Shown one piece after another: positions 35,139 to 46,974 of a stretch of DNA of 47,794 nt; positions within the stretch are counted from its first letter, which is position 1, and each line of letters starts with the position of its first letter. The DNA is from Candidatus Planktophila sp. (GTDB lineage: Bacteria; Actinomycetota; Actinomycetes; Nanopelagicales; Nanopelagicaceae), in contig JBJTMX010000044.1 in NCBI GenBank assembly GCA_046070745.1, positions 1 through 47,794 of the forward strand, read 5' to 3'. The notes below the pieces were generated by a model. The model ran no database searches, was not told where the DNA came from, and saw only the letters and a program-made list of their open reading frames with translations. The position numbers and the translations under genes were made by a program.

Positions 35139-37853
35139 ATGAGCGAATTCCAAGGCCAGGCGGATTACCTACTCAATCAGTTGGTGGATACAGATCCATC
35201 TGAGACGCTCGAATGGCAACAGTCACTCGATGCTGCGCTCGCAGCTGCAGGACCGGTTCGCGCTCGCTTCTTGATGCTTGCACTCTTGCGCCGCGCACAC
35301 GAACGCAATGTGCCGATCTCAAATCTTCGCACAACTGATTACATCAACACGATCACACCAGAAGCAGAACCTCAGTTCCCTGGTGATGAAGATATCGAAC
35401 GTCGCATCCGCGCCTATGTTCGTTGGAACGCTGCGATGTTGGTGCATCGCGCACAGCGCCCAGGCATCGGAGTCGGCGGACACATCTCGACTTATGCATC
35501 ATCTGCATCTTTATATGAAGTTGGCTTCAACCACTTCTTCCGCGGACAAGATCACCCAGGTGGCGGAGATCAGGTCTTCTTCCAAGGACATGCATCTCCT
35601 GGAATGTACTCGCGTGCATTCCTTGAAGGACGATTCACCGAGCACCAGCTCGATGGATTCCGTCAAGAACTTTCACATCAAGGTGGTGGGTTATCTTCAT
35701 ACCCACACCCACGTTTGATGCCTGACTTCTGGCAGTTCCCAACAGTCTCAATGGGTATTGGTCCACTCAACGCGATTTACCAAGCACGTTACAACCGCTA
35801 CTTGCATAATCGCGGAATCAAAGACACATCCGATCAGCGCGTATGGGCATTCCTCGGCGATGGTGAAATGGATGAGGTCGACACTCTTGGTGCAATCGGT
35901 CTTGCTTCACGCGAGAAGCTAGATAACCTCACATTTGTTGTTAACTGTAATTTGCAGCGCCTCGATGGCCCTGTTCGCGGAAATGGCAAGATTATTCAAG
36001 AGCTCGAGTCAATCTTCGGTGGCGCAGGATGGAATGTCATCAAGGTCGTTTGGGGTCGCGGTTGGGATCCACTTCTCGCACAAGATCGCGAAGGTGCACT
36101 CGTTAACATCATGAACACAACTCTTGATGGCGATTATCAAACATTTAAGGGCGAAAGCGGCGCGTATGTTCGCGAGCACTTCTTCGGTAAGGATCCTCGT
36201 ACAGCTGCAATGGTTGCAAACTATTCAGATGACGATATTTGGAACCTCAAGCGCGGTGGCCACGATTACCGCAAGCTCTACGCTGCTTATTTAGCTGCAA
36301 CACAGAACAATGGAAAGCCAACTGTCATTCTTGCAAAGACAGTTAAGGGTTGGACACTCGGTTCGCACTTCGAAGCACGTAACTCGACTCACCAAATGAA
36401 GAAGATGACACTCGAAGACATCACTGAATTCCGTGATCGTCTCGAAATTCCACTTCCAGATAGCGCACTCGATAAGTACACACCTGCATACTTCAAGCCA
36501 GCTGCTGACTCTGTTGAAGCAAAGTACTTGGCAGAACGTCGTGCAGAGCTAGGTGGTTCAGTTCCACGTCGTCGCTCAGTATCAAAGCCACTTCCAACTC
36601 CTCCAGATTCTGTCTATGACTCAGTCAAGCGCGGATCAGGCCAACAAGAAGTTGCCACAACAATGGCCTTCGTTCGTATGTTGAAGGATCTCGTGAAGGA
36701 TGAAGGCATCGGAAAGCGCCTTGTTCCAATCATTCCCGATGAGGCTCGCACATTCGGTCTTGATTCATTGTTCCCATCACTGAAGATTTACTCACCACAT
36801 GGTCAGCAGTACACATCTGTCGACCGCGAATTGATTCTCTCTTACAAGGAATCAACAGCAGGTCAGATTCTTCATGAAGGTATCAACGAGGCTGGTTCTG
36901 TTGCTTCATTTACAGCAGTCGGATCTTCATACTCCACACATGATGAACCAATGATTCCTATCTACATCTTCTATTCAATGTTCGGATTCCAGCGCACAGG
37001 CGATGCATTCTGGGCAGCATCAGATCAGATGGTTCGTGGATTCGTTCTCGGTGCAACTGCAGGTCGCACAACACTTAATGGCGAGGGTCTGCAGCACGAA
37101 GATGGTCACTCACACCTTCTTGCAGCAACAAACCCTGCAGTTGTTTCTTACGATCCTGCATATGCATACGAGCTCGGACACATCTTTAAAGATGGCCTCC
37201 GTCGCATGTATGGCGAGAACAGTGAAAACATTTACTACTACCTCACTGTTTACAACGAGCCTTATCAGCAGCCAGCAGAGCCAGAGAACCTCGATATCGA
37301 TGGTCTTCTTCGCGGTATCTATCTCCTTAAGTCAGGTGAGAAGCAGCGCAAGAAGAATGCACAGATCCTCGCATCAGGTGTTGGCGTTAACTGGGCACTG
37401 AAGGCACAAGAGCTTCTGCAGAAGGATTGGGGCGTATCAGCATCTGTCTGGTCTGTTACATCATGGAATGAACTTCGCCGCGATGGTCTAGAAGTCGATA
37501 GCCATAACTTGCTCAACCCAACTTCAAAGAAGGTTGCGTATGTGACTTCTAAACTCAAGGGAACTGAGGGTCCTGTCGTTGCAGTCTCTGACTTCATGCG
37601 CGCAGTTCAAGATCAGATCGCTCCATGGGTACCAAACGAGTTCTACGCCCTCGGCACTGATGGCTTTGGTCTTTCAGATACTCGCGGAGCACTCCGTCGC
37701 CACTTCAAGGTTGATGCAGAATCAATCGTAGTAGCAACACTTGCTCAGCTCGCAAAGTCTGGTGAAATCAAGGAATCTTTGATCACTGAAGCTATTAACA
37801 AGTACCGCATCTTTGATGTAACTTCAGCAGATGCAGGAAATACAGAAGGCTAA
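35139..37853 (+). CDS. aceE: Pyruvate dehydrogenase E1, homodimeric type
   Basis: [16 protein letters not shown] ThDP motif, EGINEAG, GEGLQH. Confidence 0.98.
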   Translation: MSEFQGQADYLLNQLVDTDPSETLEWQQSLDAALAAAGPVRARFLMLALLRRAHERNVPISNLRTTDYINTITPEAEPQFPGDEDIERRIRAYVRWNAAMLVHRAQRPGIGVGGHISTYASSASLYEVGFNHFFRGQDHPGGGDQVFFQGHASPGMYSRAFLEGRFTEHQLDGFRQELSHQGGGLSSYPHPRLMPDFWQFPTVSMGIGPLNAIYQARYNRYLHNRGIKDTSDQRVWAFLGDGEMDEVDTLGAIGLASREKLDNLTFVVNCNLQRLDGPVRGNGKIIQELESIFGGAGWNVIKVVWGRGWDPLLAQDREGALVNIMNTTLDGDYQTFKGESGAYVREHFFGKDPRTAAMVANYSDDDIWNLKRGGHDYRKLYAAYLAATQNNGKPTVILAKTVKGWTLGSHFEARNSTHQMKKMTLEDITEFRDRLEIPLPDSALDKYTPAYFKPAADSVEAKYLAERRAELGGSVPRRRSVSKPLPTPPDSVYDSVKRGSGQQEVATTMAFVRMLKDLVKDEGIGKRLVPIIPDEARTFGLDSLFPSLKIYSPHGQQYTSVDRELILSYKESTAGQILHEGINEAGSVASFTAVGSSYSTHDEPMIPIYIFYSMFGFQRTGDAFWAASDQMVRGFVLGATAGRTTLNGEGLQHEDGHSHLLAATNPAVVSYDPAYAYELGHIFKDGLRRMYGENSENIYYYLTVYNEPYQQPAEPENLDIDGLLRGIYLLKSGEKQRKKNAQILASGVGVNWALKAQELLQKDWGVSASVWSVTSWNELRRDGLEVDSHNLLNPTSKKVAYVTSKLKGTEGPVVAVSDFMRAVQDQIAPWVPNEFYALGTDGFGLSDTRGALRRHFKVDAESIVVATLAQLAKSGEIKESLITEAINKYRIFDVTSADAGNTEG

Positions 37854-39819
37854 TTCCATCAACCGAATTCCCGTTGCAGATATCTCCCCCGCAGTTTTCT
37901 TCGGGGGAGAATTTGTACCGGTTAAAACTATTCCGGGCGAATCTCTTGATGTTAGCGCGACTGTATTCCGCGAAGGCCATGATCAACTCGGCGCAGATGT
38001 AGTTCTCTTTAATTCAGCTGGAAAGGAAATTAGCCGCGCAGTAATGCACGAGGTGTGGCACGGTGGAGATAGATACAAAGCCACCATTACGATTCCTGAT
38101 CGCGGTGAATTTTCATACGCAATAGAAAGCTACGACCACCCTCTGGCCACATGGCTCCATGATGCTGAAATCAAAATCGGTGCTGGTGTGGATTCTGAAC
38201 TCATGTGTGCAGTAGGCGTTGAACTTCTCAGTGAGGTTCTTGCCTCAGATTCAGCTGCAAAATCACTCCTGAAAAGTGCCATTACAACCCTCAAGGATTC
38301 GAAAATCTCTCCTGCAGATCGCTTTGCAGCGGCTTCAACTTCAGAAATTCGCTCGTATTTCGCCGCTCATCCAATTCGCAGGTTTGCGGCGATAAGCGAA
38401 AAGTACCCGGTACGTGCCGATCATCCTCGTGCGCTCGTGGGTTCTTGGTATGAGTTCTTCCCACGCAGTGAGGGCGCAATTCAAAATGCAGATGGCTCAA
38501 TTGTGAGCGGAACTTTTAAGTCTGCGGCCCTTCGTATTCCCGCTGTTGCAGCCATGGGTTTCGACATTCTCTATCTCCCACCGATTCATCCAATCGGCGT
38601 CGCGCACCGTAAGGGTCGCAACAACACCTTAACTCCAACTGATACTGATCCAGGAGTCCCTTGGGCAATCGGCGGTGCAGAAGGTGGCCATATGGCTATC
38701 AACCCAGTGCTCGGCTCTATGAAGGATTTTGAAGATTTTGTTGCTGTTGCAAAGAAGAACAAAGTTGAGGTGGCGCTGGATTTTGCACTTCAAGTTTCAC
38801 CTGATCATCCTTGGGTGAAAGAACATCCAGAATTTTTCACACACCGCCTCGATGGTTCGATTGCATATGCAGAGAATCCGCCTAAGAAGTATCAAGATAT
38901 CTATCCAATTAATTTCGATAACGATTACAACGGCATTCTTAATGAATCACTGAAGACGCTACGCTTCTGGATTTCAAAGGGCATCACGGTATTCCGCGTT
39001 GATAACCCACATACAAAGCCAGTTCACTTCTGGGCAGATGTGATGCGCACTATTCACATCGAATCTCCTGATGTTATCTTCTTGGCTGAGGCATTTACTA
39101 AAGCCCCCATGATGCATGCTTTGGGCAAGGCCGGCTTCCATCAATCATATACATACTTCACTTGGCGCACTTCAAAGCAAGAACTCATTGAGTACAGCAA
39201 CGAGGTTGCACATCAGACATCTGCCTTCTTCCGCCCCAATTTCTGGGTCAATACTCCAGATATCAACCCATTCCATTTGCAAACAGGCAATCCAGCAATC
39301 TTTGCTATTCGCGCAGCACTTGCTTCAACACTCACGCCATCATGGGGAATGTATGCAGGCTTTGAGCTATACGAACACCGCCGTTTTAAAGAAGGTGGCG
39401 AAGAGTATTTAGATTCAGAGAAGTACGAGATAAAGGTCCGTGATTGGGAAGGTGCTACTAAGAAGCAGTTGACTCTCGCTCCATTTATTACCGTGCTCAA
39501 TAAAATTCGTCGAGAAAATGTTGCACTTCAACGACTTCGTAATCTCCGATTCCATCATTGCGATAACGACCAGATCCTCGCGTACTCAAAGCGAGAAGGC
39601 GATAATCTCATTCTCGTTGTCGTTAACCTCGACCCCAACTTTGCTCAAGAGACAACAATCAATTGGGATATGAATAGTCTTGGAATCTCATCAGATAACT
39701 TTGAGGTAACGGATTTGATTGATTCTGCAAAGTATCAATGGTCTCCGCAGACATATGTCCGACTTGATCCAACAAGGTTATCGGGCAAAGTCGTTCACAT
39801 TGCAAAGGTTAAGCTTTAG
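37831..39819 (+). CDS. glgE: Alpha-1,4-glucan:maltose-1-phosphate maltosyltransferase
   Basis: [35 protein letters not shown]. Confidence 0.96.
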   Translation: MQEIQKANSINRIPVADISPAVFFGGEFVPVKTIPGESLDVSATVFREGHDQLGADVVLFNSAGKEISRAVMHEVWHGGDRYKATITIPDRGEFSYAIESYDHPLATWLHDAEIKIGAGVDSELMCAVGVELLSEVLASDSAAKSLLKSAITTLKDSKISPADRFAAASTSEIRSYFAAHPIRRFAAISEKYPVRADHPRALVGSWYEFFPRSEGAIQNADGSIVSGTFKSAALRIPAVAAMGFDILYLPPIHPIGVAHRKGRNNTLTPTDTDPGVPWAIGGAEGGHMAINPVLGSMKDFEDFVAVAKKNKVEVALDFALQVSPDHPWVKEHPEFFTHRLDGSIAYAENPPKKYQDIYPINFDNDYNGILNESLKTLRFWISKGITVFRVDNPHTKPVHFWADVMRTIHIESPDVIFLAEAFTKAPMMHALGKAGFHQSYTYFTWRTSKQELIEYSNEVAHQTSAFFRPNFWVNTPDINPFHLQTGNPAIFAIRAALASTLTPSWGMYAGFELYEHRRFKEGGEEYLDSEKYEIKVRDWEGATKKQLTLAPFITVLNKIRRENVALQRLRNLRFHHCDNDQILAYSKREGDNLILVVVNLDPNFAQETTINWDMNSLGISSDNFEVTDLIDSAKYQWSPQTYVRLDPTRLSGKVVHIAKVKL

Positions 39820-39828
39820 AATTGCGGC

Positions 39829-41760
39829 ATGAGTTTTCTTTCGAAGTTATTTAAGCCCCACACTTCTTCGGAAGAAAACCAACAAGCGGCGAGCTACCTC
39901 AATCCATATTCAACTCTCGGCGAACTCGACTTCCATCTCATCAATGAAGGTCGCCATGAGAAGTTATGGGACGCTCTAGGCGCACACGTTATGCGCGATA
40001 AAGATGGTGCACTTCTCGGAACAGCTTTCTCTGTCTGGGCACCAAATGCACAAGCCGTTAGCTTGATTGGTGACCATAATTTTTGGGATAGGTCAGCACA
40101 TCCCATGATCCGACATGGCGCTTCAGGAATTTGGGAAATCTTTATTCCTGATATTGGTGCGGGTACGAAATATAAGTTTGCAATCTGTGGCGCTTTTGGC
40201 CATTGGGTAGATCACGCAGATCCACTTGCGCGACAGACAGAGACTCCACCGCTGACAGCATCGATTGTGAATGAGAGTGAGTACATATGGAGCGATCAGG
40301 ACTGGATGCGCAATCGTTCTGATTTCCAACCATGGCGTTCCCCTGTTTCTGTCTATGAAGTGCATTTAGGTTCATGGCGCCTTGGTCTTACCTATCGTCA
40401 AATGGCTACCGAACTCGTTGACTATGTAAATGCCAATGGATTTACCCACGTTGAATTTCTCCCGGTAACAGAGCATCCATATGGACCATCATGGGGCTAT
40501 CAAGTTACCTCTTTCTTTGCGCCAACTTCACGTTTTGGAACTCCTGATGATTTCCGTTTCTTGGTAGATGCTCTTCACCAAGCTGGAATCGGCGTCATTC
40601 TCGATTGGGTTCCTGCGCACTTTCCCAAAGATGAATGGGCACTTGCTCGCTTTGATGGCACAGCTCTCTACGAACATGAAGACCCACGACTTGGAGAGCA
40701 CCCAGACTGGGGCACTTTAATCTTTAACTTTGGCCGCAACGAGATTCGCAACTTCCTTGTGGCAAGTGCGCTCTATTGGCTAGATGAATTTCATATCGAC
40801 GGTCTACGCGTCGATGCTGTGGCATCAATGCTCTACCTTGATTATTCACGCAAGGATGGCGAATGGCTCCCTAACCGCTTTGGCGGTCGCGAAAACCTTG
40901 AGGCTGTACAGCTTCTCCAAGAGGCGACATCAACTGCCTATAAGTCTCATCCAGGCATCATGATGATCGCAGAAGAATCAACAGCGTGGCCGGGCGTAAC
41001 ACGCGATACATCGAGCAATGGTCTAGGTTTTGGATTTAAGTGGAATATGGGTTGGATGCATGACACCCTCGAATATCTTCAACACGAGCCGGTGCATCGC
41101 GTCTATCACCATAACGAGATCACATTCTCAATTCTCTATGCATGGTCTGAAAACTTTATGTTGCCGCTCTCCCATGATGAGGTTGTTCATGGCAAGGGTT
41201 CACTTGTCAATAAGTTCCCAGGAGATCGCTGGCAGAAACTTGCAACTCTTCGCGCGCTCTACGGATTTATGTGGGCGCACCCCGGCAAGAAATTGCTCTT
41301 TATGGGTCAAGAGTTTGCTCAGAATGATGAGTGGAACCAAGAAGCTGGTTTGCAGTGGTATTTAACTGACTACGCAGAACATAGCGGAGTTCGTTCGGCT
41401 CTTGCAGATATCAATCTCAACTACAAGCGTCACCCTGCCCTGTGGGAGAAAGATGTTCACCCAGATGGATTCCAATGGATCATCGGCGATGACGGCGCAA
41501 ATAACATTGTTGCATTCGTGCGTTGGTCAGATGCTGGATACCCACTCGTTTGCATCACTAACTTCTCGCCAGTTCCGCAGGAGTATTACTCACTTCGTAT
41601 GCCAACAGCTGGCGTTTGGCGAGAGACCATTAATACAGATGACTTGAAATATGGCGGCAGTGGAATCACTAATGACTCATTTGCGGTCGATGTTGATACA
41701 GATTTGTATACAACTCTTCGCATCCCACCACTTGCAACAGTCTGGTTTGAGCGAGCTTAG
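39829..41760 (+). CDS. glgB: 1,4-alpha-glucan branching enzyme
   Basis: [37 protein letters not shown]. Confidence 0.97.
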   Translation: MSFLSKLFKPHTSSEENQQAASYLNPYSTLGELDFHLINEGRHEKLWDALGAHVMRDKDGALLGTAFSVWAPNAQAVSLIGDHNFWDRSAHPMIRHGASGIWEIFIPDIGAGTKYKFAICGAFGHWVDHADPLARQTETPPLTASIVNESEYIWSDQDWMRNRSDFQPWRSPVSVYEVHLGSWRLGLTYRQMATELVDYVNANGFTHVEFLPVTEHPYGPSWGYQVTSFFAPTSRFGTPDDFRFLVDALHQAGIGVILDWVPAHFPKDEWALARFDGTALYEHEDPRLGEHPDWGTLIFNFGRNEIRNFLVASALYWLDEFHIDGLRVDAVASMLYLDYSRKDGEWLPNRFGGRENLEAVQLLQEATSTAYKSHPGIMMIAEESTAWPGVTRDTSSNGLGFGFKWNMGWMHDTLEYLQHEPVHRVYHHNEITFSILYAWSENFMLPLSHDEVVHGKGSLVNKFPGDRWQKLATLRALYGFMWAHPGKKLLFMGQEFAQNDEWNQEAGLQWYLTDYAEHSGVRSALADINLNYKRHPALWEKDVHPDGFQWIIGDDGANNIVAFVRWSDAGYPLVCITNFSPVPQEYYSLRMPTAGVWRETINTDDLKYGGSGITNDSFAVDVDTDLYTTLRIPPLATVWFERA

Positions 41761-41765
41761 TTACT

Positions 41766-42956
41766 TTACTTGCGGTCGGCAGCGATCACAGGAGTAAAGA
41801 AGGCGGCAATAATCATCAAAGTGCCTGGGATCATCATCGCCAGAGCAATGGATCCTGTGGCACCGATAACGCCTGCCACAATCCATTTAATAACTGTAGT
41901 AATCACGTTATTTGCGACCCCCACCTGACCTACCACTACAGCGCTCGGATTGGGTGAGCGACGGTTTGCTGCTGCAGTAAAGCTTGGACCGAGGATCGAA
42001 GAACCGATTCCTGCAAGGGCAAAGCCAAGAAGGAAGAGTCCATATGAAACCCACATGGCGGATTCGGGTAGGTGCGTGGCGACAGTAATAGTTGAAACGA
42101 ATCCAACTCCTGCAACTAGCGTCATTACACGAGCGAGGATATGTAGCGGATATCGCTCGGTAAATCGATGGATTGAAAGACGACCTGCAATCATAAAGAT
42201 CGTAAAGACAATATATGGCAGCGTGCTTAAACCTGAGTTCACTCCTAAGCGCTCTTTAGTAAAAATTGTGCCCCAGTCACCGATTGCAAACTCCAGATAC
42301 ACCGCAGATGCCAGACCAAGGCTCACTCGCCAATCAAAGTGAAAGGTCGTAAAGATATCTTTAATTGAGTAATCGGTTTCCGGATGTTGATTGGCTGGAA
42401 CGAGAGAAGCTCCGAATCGGAAAACAATGATCAGAGAAGCGATAGCGGCAGCAATTGCAACTGCACCAATATGCGGGCCGAGTGCCACAGTGTCCACAAG
42501 AAAGCCTGAAAGAATGGCAGTAAAGAGGGCACCTGCACTCCAATATCCTGCGCTACTGGTTACGACGTTTTCTCCACTCCGCTCTTGGATATGAAATGCT
42601 TGTGCATTGATTGCAACATGTGTTGCGGTAATTCCAAATGCGATTGCAATATTAAGGATTGTAAATATCCCCGCAGAGTGCACTTGAACAATTGCAAAGA
42701 AAGATGAATAGAGAAGAAGTGTTGCCGCTATAAATACATTGCGGACTCCGACTTTATGAACAATATGTCCAACAGTTAAGAGACCGGTGAATGCACCGAT
42801 TGCACCTGTTGTGAGAATAGAACCGAAGGCTCCATTGCTTAAGCCCAAGTTGGCCTTTACCTCAGGAAAGCGAGGCACCCAGGCCATGATTCCAAAGCCA
42901 AAGGTGAAGAAAAGGGCCTGTAATAAGCGCTTTTCGCTGCGATGTGAGATTGTCAT
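41766..42956 (-). CDS. MFS transporter
   Basis: AWVPRFPEVKANLGLS, EFAIGDWGTIF, ~12 TM helices. Confidence 0.88.
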   Translation of the reverse strand: MTISHRSEKRLLQALFFTFGFGIMAWVPRFPEVKANLGLSNGAFGSILTTGAIGAFTGLLTVGHIVHKVGVRNVFIAATLLLYSSFFAIVQVHSAGIFTILNIAIAFGITATHVAINAQAFHIQERSGENVVTSSAGYWSAGALFTAILSGFLVDTVALGPHIGAVAIAAAIASLIIVFRFGASLVPANQHPETDYSIKDIFTTFHFDWRVSLGLASAVYLEFAIGDWGTIFTKERLGVNSGLSTLPYIVFTIFMIAGRLSIHRFTERYPLHILARVMTLVAGVGFVSTITVATHLPESAMWVSYGLFLLGFALAGIGSSILGPSFTAAANRRSPNPSAVVVGQVGVANNVITTVIKWIVAGVIGATGSIALAMMIPGTLMIIAAFFTPVIAADRK

Positions 42957-43817
42957 TTAGAAGAGCGCATTGGCAAGTGCTGCACGGGCTTTGATCACGC
43001 GAGGATCTGCCGAATCAACGAGAGCAAAGAACTCAAGCAATCGATCCTTAGCGTTCTTCTGGTCATCCCCAGCAAGAATCGAGATGAGGTTCAAGAGGCG
43101 CTTAAAGCCCTGTTCGAGATCGCCCTGCATGACCTCTATGTCCGCGCACTGCATCTGAATTTCAACGTTATCTGGCTCTTCAATTGCCTTCTGCATTACA
43201 AGTGCAGCATCAAGCCCTTCTGTACGCATGAGAAGCTGTACCTGCGCTAAACCGATTTTGCCATAGACATCATTTGGCTTGCGAGCAAGTAGCACGCGAT
43301 ATGCAGATTCTGCTGCTGCATAATCACCACGGTCGATTGCTGCGATTGCTTCATCTTCCTCCGGTTCTGCCTGCTCTACCGGAGTCTCGCCGATACCTTG
43401 TTGAGCTGCAAGAGTCAGAATCTTAGTGATGACTTCACGGAGTTGGGTCTCATTAAGAGCTTGTTCCACAAATGGAATGGGTTGTTCGGCAATAAAAACA
43501 AGTCCATATGGAATTGTGCGAGTTTGCAAAGCTTGAGCGACTTGAGGTTGTTCATCAATATTGACTCTCGCCAAGACCCACGCGCCTTGATCGACAAGCG
43601 CGAGCTTTCCAAGATCGCGAAGCATTTGAACTGACTCAGGTGAGCGCGCTGACCAACAGAGAACCACCACTGGCTTCTGCGCTGACATTGGAAGAAATTC
43701 GGCAGTGAGGTTTGTCGCGTTGATTTCAAGACCTGGCATCGGTGTAGAGGTATCTGCTGGAGGTTTTCCTAGTCCGCTGAGATCATATGCTTGACCGAAA
43801 TTCGGTGGAAATGTCAT
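42957..43817 (-). CDS. Thioredoxin-like/TPR co-chaperone (YbbN/CnoX-like)
   Basis: Trx domain without CxxC (WSARSPES); ARAALANALF C-terminus. Confidence 0.85.
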   Translation of the reverse strand: MTFPPNFGQAYDLSGLGKPPADTSTPMPGLEINATNLTAEFLPMSAQKPVVVLCWSARSPESVQMLRDLGKLALVDQGAWVLARVNIDEQPQVAQALQTRTIPYGLVFIAEQPIPFVEQALNETQLREVITKILTLAAQQGIGETPVEQAEPEEDEAIAAIDRGDYAAAESAYRVLLARKPNDVYGKIGLAQVQLLMRTEGLDAALVMQKAIEEPDNVEIQMQCADIEVMQGDLEQGFKRLLNLISILAGDDQKNAKDRLLEFFALVDSADPRVIKARAALANALF

Positions 43818-45061
43818 TGGGTACTCTCTTCTTCAAGATCGACTCCAGAGTCGCGACGGAATGGCAAAATCTCATTAACGTACGACTTCGCTGCAAATTC
43901 AAGACCAACGTCATGTCCTGCTTTTTCACTTAAATACCAGCGATGTTCAAGGGCTTCATGAAAGAACTGAGCGACTTCAATACGTCCTCGCAGTTCAGTC
44001 GGGATAAGTGCCACTGTCGGATTAAAGGTCTCTTCCAGCCAACGACGTGCCGATTCGTGTAACGGAGGCTTTGGTGATTTCTCGCGTCCTCGATAACGAT
44101 CAAAAGATGCAAGCAGGCGCTTTGCTTGAAGCTCCTCTGTATCAAGTCCCATTAATTCTCGTAGGCGGTTCTTGTGGTAACCAGCTGCAACAAGTTTTGG
44201 CTGGAAGTACAGCTTTCCAGAATTTTCATTCCCTTCTTCAATTTGCACTGAGACTTCTTCAACCGCAAAACCAAGGTCATGTAATTGACGCATCGCACGT
44301 TCTACCGCATGGCGATCTTTGGGATCCAGGACCTGGCGCTCTTTAAGCGCTGCCCATAAACGGTGGTATCTCTTGATCAAGGCATTACTTGCACGGATTG
44401 GATCCATGCCGGCGTAGAGGACACCGGAGAGTGCTAGGTCTTCAAGCTCGGCGGCAACGTTAAAATGCGCAATTTCCAAATCGTGTTCGCGCTGGCCATC
44501 TGAAAGTGAGCGTTGGAATTCACCAGTTTCAGCATCGACGAGATAGGCCGCAAATCCTTCTGCGTCACGACGAAAGAGAGTATTTGAGAGCGAACAGTCT
44601 CCCCACCAGAAGCCCAAAAGATGCAAGCGGACTAAGAGCAAGGCGAGTGCATTCGCCATCAAAGTCACATCCTCTGCGGTGACATCTTTTCCGCTGAGCA
44701 GAACGCGATATGGCAACGAATACGGTAAGAAACGAGTCACTAATGCGCATGGAAGTTCTTCGCCATCGTTATCTGTTCGACCTTCAACTACTGCAACTGA
44801 TTGCACGCTAGGAGCATCGAGCTGTTTGAGTTCGCGCAAAATTTTATATTCGCGGTTTGCAAATTCCGAGACAGTCTCCTTGACTGCGTAGACCTCCGAG
44901 TCAGGATCATTAGTCGAACGTACGAGTCGCACAATGTGGCGAGAGATACCTCGCTTCTCCGTGAGGAACGGATCTTCTGGCCAGATCTCCAGGCTTTGAT
45001 TCCAAGGCAGGCCAGAGACAGCTGCGATCTCTTCGCCGACTCCAGTAATCCTTAACGCCAT
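43814..45061 (-). CDS. DUF4032 kinase-like protein
   Basis: RGISRHIVR, WGDCSLSNTLFRRDA, YLVDAETGE, LEHRWYLSE. Confidence 0.88.
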   Translation of the reverse strand: MALRITGVGEEIAAVSGLPWNQSLEIWPEDPFLTEKRGISRHIVRLVRSTNDPDSEVYAVKETVSEFANREYKILRELKQLDAPSVQSVAVVEGRTDNDGEELPCALVTRFLPYSLPYRVLLSGKDVTAEDVTLMANALALLLVRLHLLGFWWGDCSLSNTLFRRDAEGFAAYLVDAETGEFQRSLSDGQREHDLEIAHFNVAAELEDLALSGVLYAGMDPIRASNALIKRYHRLWAALKERQVLDPKDRHAVERAMRQLHDLGFAVEEVSVQIEEGNENSGKLYFQPKLVAAGYHKNRLRELMGLDTEELQAKRLLASFDRYRGREKSPKPPLHESARRWLEETFNPTVALIPTELRGRIEVAQFFHEALEHRWYLSEKAGHDVGLEFAAKSYVNEILPFRRDSGVDLEEESTQ

Positions 45062-45101
45062 AGAGCCATTCTCTCATCCTTCAATCAACTTATAATTAAC
45101 T

Positions 45102-46235
45102 ATGACGATTTCAAACCGCATCAGTGGCAAAATCACAAAGAAAAGCGCCCCAAAAGAGGCTCCAGTCACACCCAACTATGGAAGCGCTGGTGCTCCTATC
45201 GATCGAGGTCACCCCTTCTACTTTGGTTTTGTCGCAACAACCGGTGCACTTGCAGCCTTTGTATTGATGCGCGCCCTCGCTAGCGCAAGTCAGGTCTTTG
45301 TCATCATCTTGGTAGCGCTCTTCCTTGCAACTGGACTTAATCCTGCGGTGGAGGCAATTCGTAGACGCGGAACTACACGCACCACTGCAGTAGCAATCAT
45401 CTTTGTTGGAGTCTTGGCATTTGTAGGACTCTTCTTAGCATTAGTCGTACCTCCACTTGTAAAACAAAGCGCACACTTGATCAATATTGCTCCTTCGCTT
45501 TTACAGGATTTGAAAGCAAATCCGCAAATAGCTGCGCTCAATGATCATTACGCATTTATCGACACAATTCAGAAGAAGTTGGCAAGCGTCTCCTCCGATG
45601 GAACCTTGCTGGTATCGGCCTTCGGCGGAGTTATCGGTGTAGGAAAAACTGTTCTCTCAGGCACCTTCACAGGGCTCACAATTCTCGTTCTTACTCTCTA
45701 CTTCATCACCTCACTTCCTGAGGCGACTGAGATTGCGCTCAAACTTGTACCTGGTTCCCGTCGTCCACGCGTTGCGCTACTTACCAATGCAATCATCGCT
45801 CGAGTTGGAGCGTTCGTGGGAAGTCAGATTCTCGTCTCTGCGCTGGCATCGCTATTTGTGACTGTACTCGCTCTTGTCTTGGGACTTCCATCTCCAATTG
45901 CAATTGGAATCATTGTCTTTATTTGTGGCTTGGTGCCACTCATTGGCCACTTCCTCGGCTGCACGGTAGTCACTCTGATTGCAGCAACTCAGTCGGTCAC
46001 GATTGGCATCGTTGCATTTGTGGCATACGTTCTCTATGTCCAAGTTGAAAATTACATCGTGACTCCGAAGATCATGAAGCGCACACTTGCTGTTCCGGGG
46101 GCAGTAACAATCGTCTCAGCCCTCATCGGTACATCATTGCTTGGGCTTGTAGGTGGATTGCTTGCGGTTCCAGTTGCTGCTTCAATAATTTTGATTCTTG
46201 AGGAAGTTGTCTTTCCTCGCACAGATCAGAACTAG
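45102..46235 (+). CDS. AI-2E (PerM) family transporter
   Basis: LALFLATGLNPAV-type segment, QVENYIVTPKIM, GGLLAVPVAA. Confidence 0.9.
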   Translation: MTISNRISGKITKKSAPKEAPVTPNYGSAGAPIDRGHPFYFGFVATTGALAAFVLMRALASASQVFVIILVALFLATGLNPAVEAIRRRGTTRTTAVAIIFVGVLAFVGLFLALVVPPLVKQSAHLINIAPSLLQDLKANPQIAALNDHYAFIDTIQKKLASVSSDGTLLVSAFGGVIGVGKTVLSGTFTGLTILVLTLYFITSLPEATEIALKLVPGSRRPRVALLTNAIIARVGAFVGSQILVSALASLFVTVLALVLGLPSPIAIGIIVFICGLVPLIGHFLGCTVVTLIAATQSVTIGIVAFVAYVLYVQVENYIVTPKIMKRTLAVPGAVTIVSALIGTSLLGLVGGLLAVPVAASIILILEEVVFPRTDQN

Positions 46236-46945
46236 TTGAGCTCTGTAGGTAAAGGCAGTCTCGATGGCGCGATAATGCGCACGATTTCACTCAAGACTCT
46301 ATGAACGTACGGTTCACCAACCCATAAGTGCTTTGCGCCATCTACCGCAATGAGATCAATCTGCGGAATGACAGCAAAACGCTTACGAGCTTCTTCGGGT
46401 TTTAAGTAATCATCGTGCTCGGGAACAAGTGCTGTGATGGGGCGACCATCTTCTGCCCAGAATAGTAAATCCTTCTCTTCCACCTTCATTAGTGGTGGGC
46501 TTAAGAGAATCAAACCCTTTACCCGCTTATCGTGAGCATGAAGGAGTGCGATTTCGGTACCAAATGACCAGCCTACAATCCATAGCTCGGAAACATTGAG
46601 AACACCAAAACAATAATCAATCGCTGCCTGTACGTCGTATTTTTCAGCAACGCCACCGTCGTATTCGCCGGTACTTGTGCCAGCTTCACTTGTGGTGCCG
46701 CGAGTATTGAATCGAATGACAGTCACTCCAGCCATGTCAGGTAGACGATTCGCTGCCTTCTTATACAAGTGGCTATCCATCATTCCCCCACCAGTGGGAT
46801 TGGGATGAAGACATAACAATGCGGTAGCGGGGTTTGTGAGCGGCGCAGCAACTTCACCGATCAGAGTCTGACCATCGCTGGTAGTAAGTGTGAAAGGTGT
46901 ACGAAGTGCCGGCAACACTGTGCTGGGGCGGATTGGTTCCGTCAT
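46232..46945 (-). CDS. Alpha/beta hydrolase
   Basis: HPNPTGGGMMDSH, GWSFG, DD and H catalytic residues. Confidence 0.88.
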   Translation of the reverse strand: MTEPIRPSTVLPALRTPFTLTTSDGQTLIGEVAAPLTNPATALLCLHPNPTGGGMMDSHLYKKAANRLPDMAGVTVIRFNTRGTTSEAGTSTGEYDGGVAEKYDVQAAIDYCFGVLNVSELWIVGWSFGTEIALLHAHDKRVKGLILLSPPLMKVEEKDLLFWAEDGRPITALVPEHDDYLKPEEARKRFAVIPQIDLIAVDGAKHLWVGEPYVHRVLSEIVRIIAPSRLPLPTELN

Positions 46946-46974
46946 AGTTGCATTCTAGTGACTACTCTTTAGCT

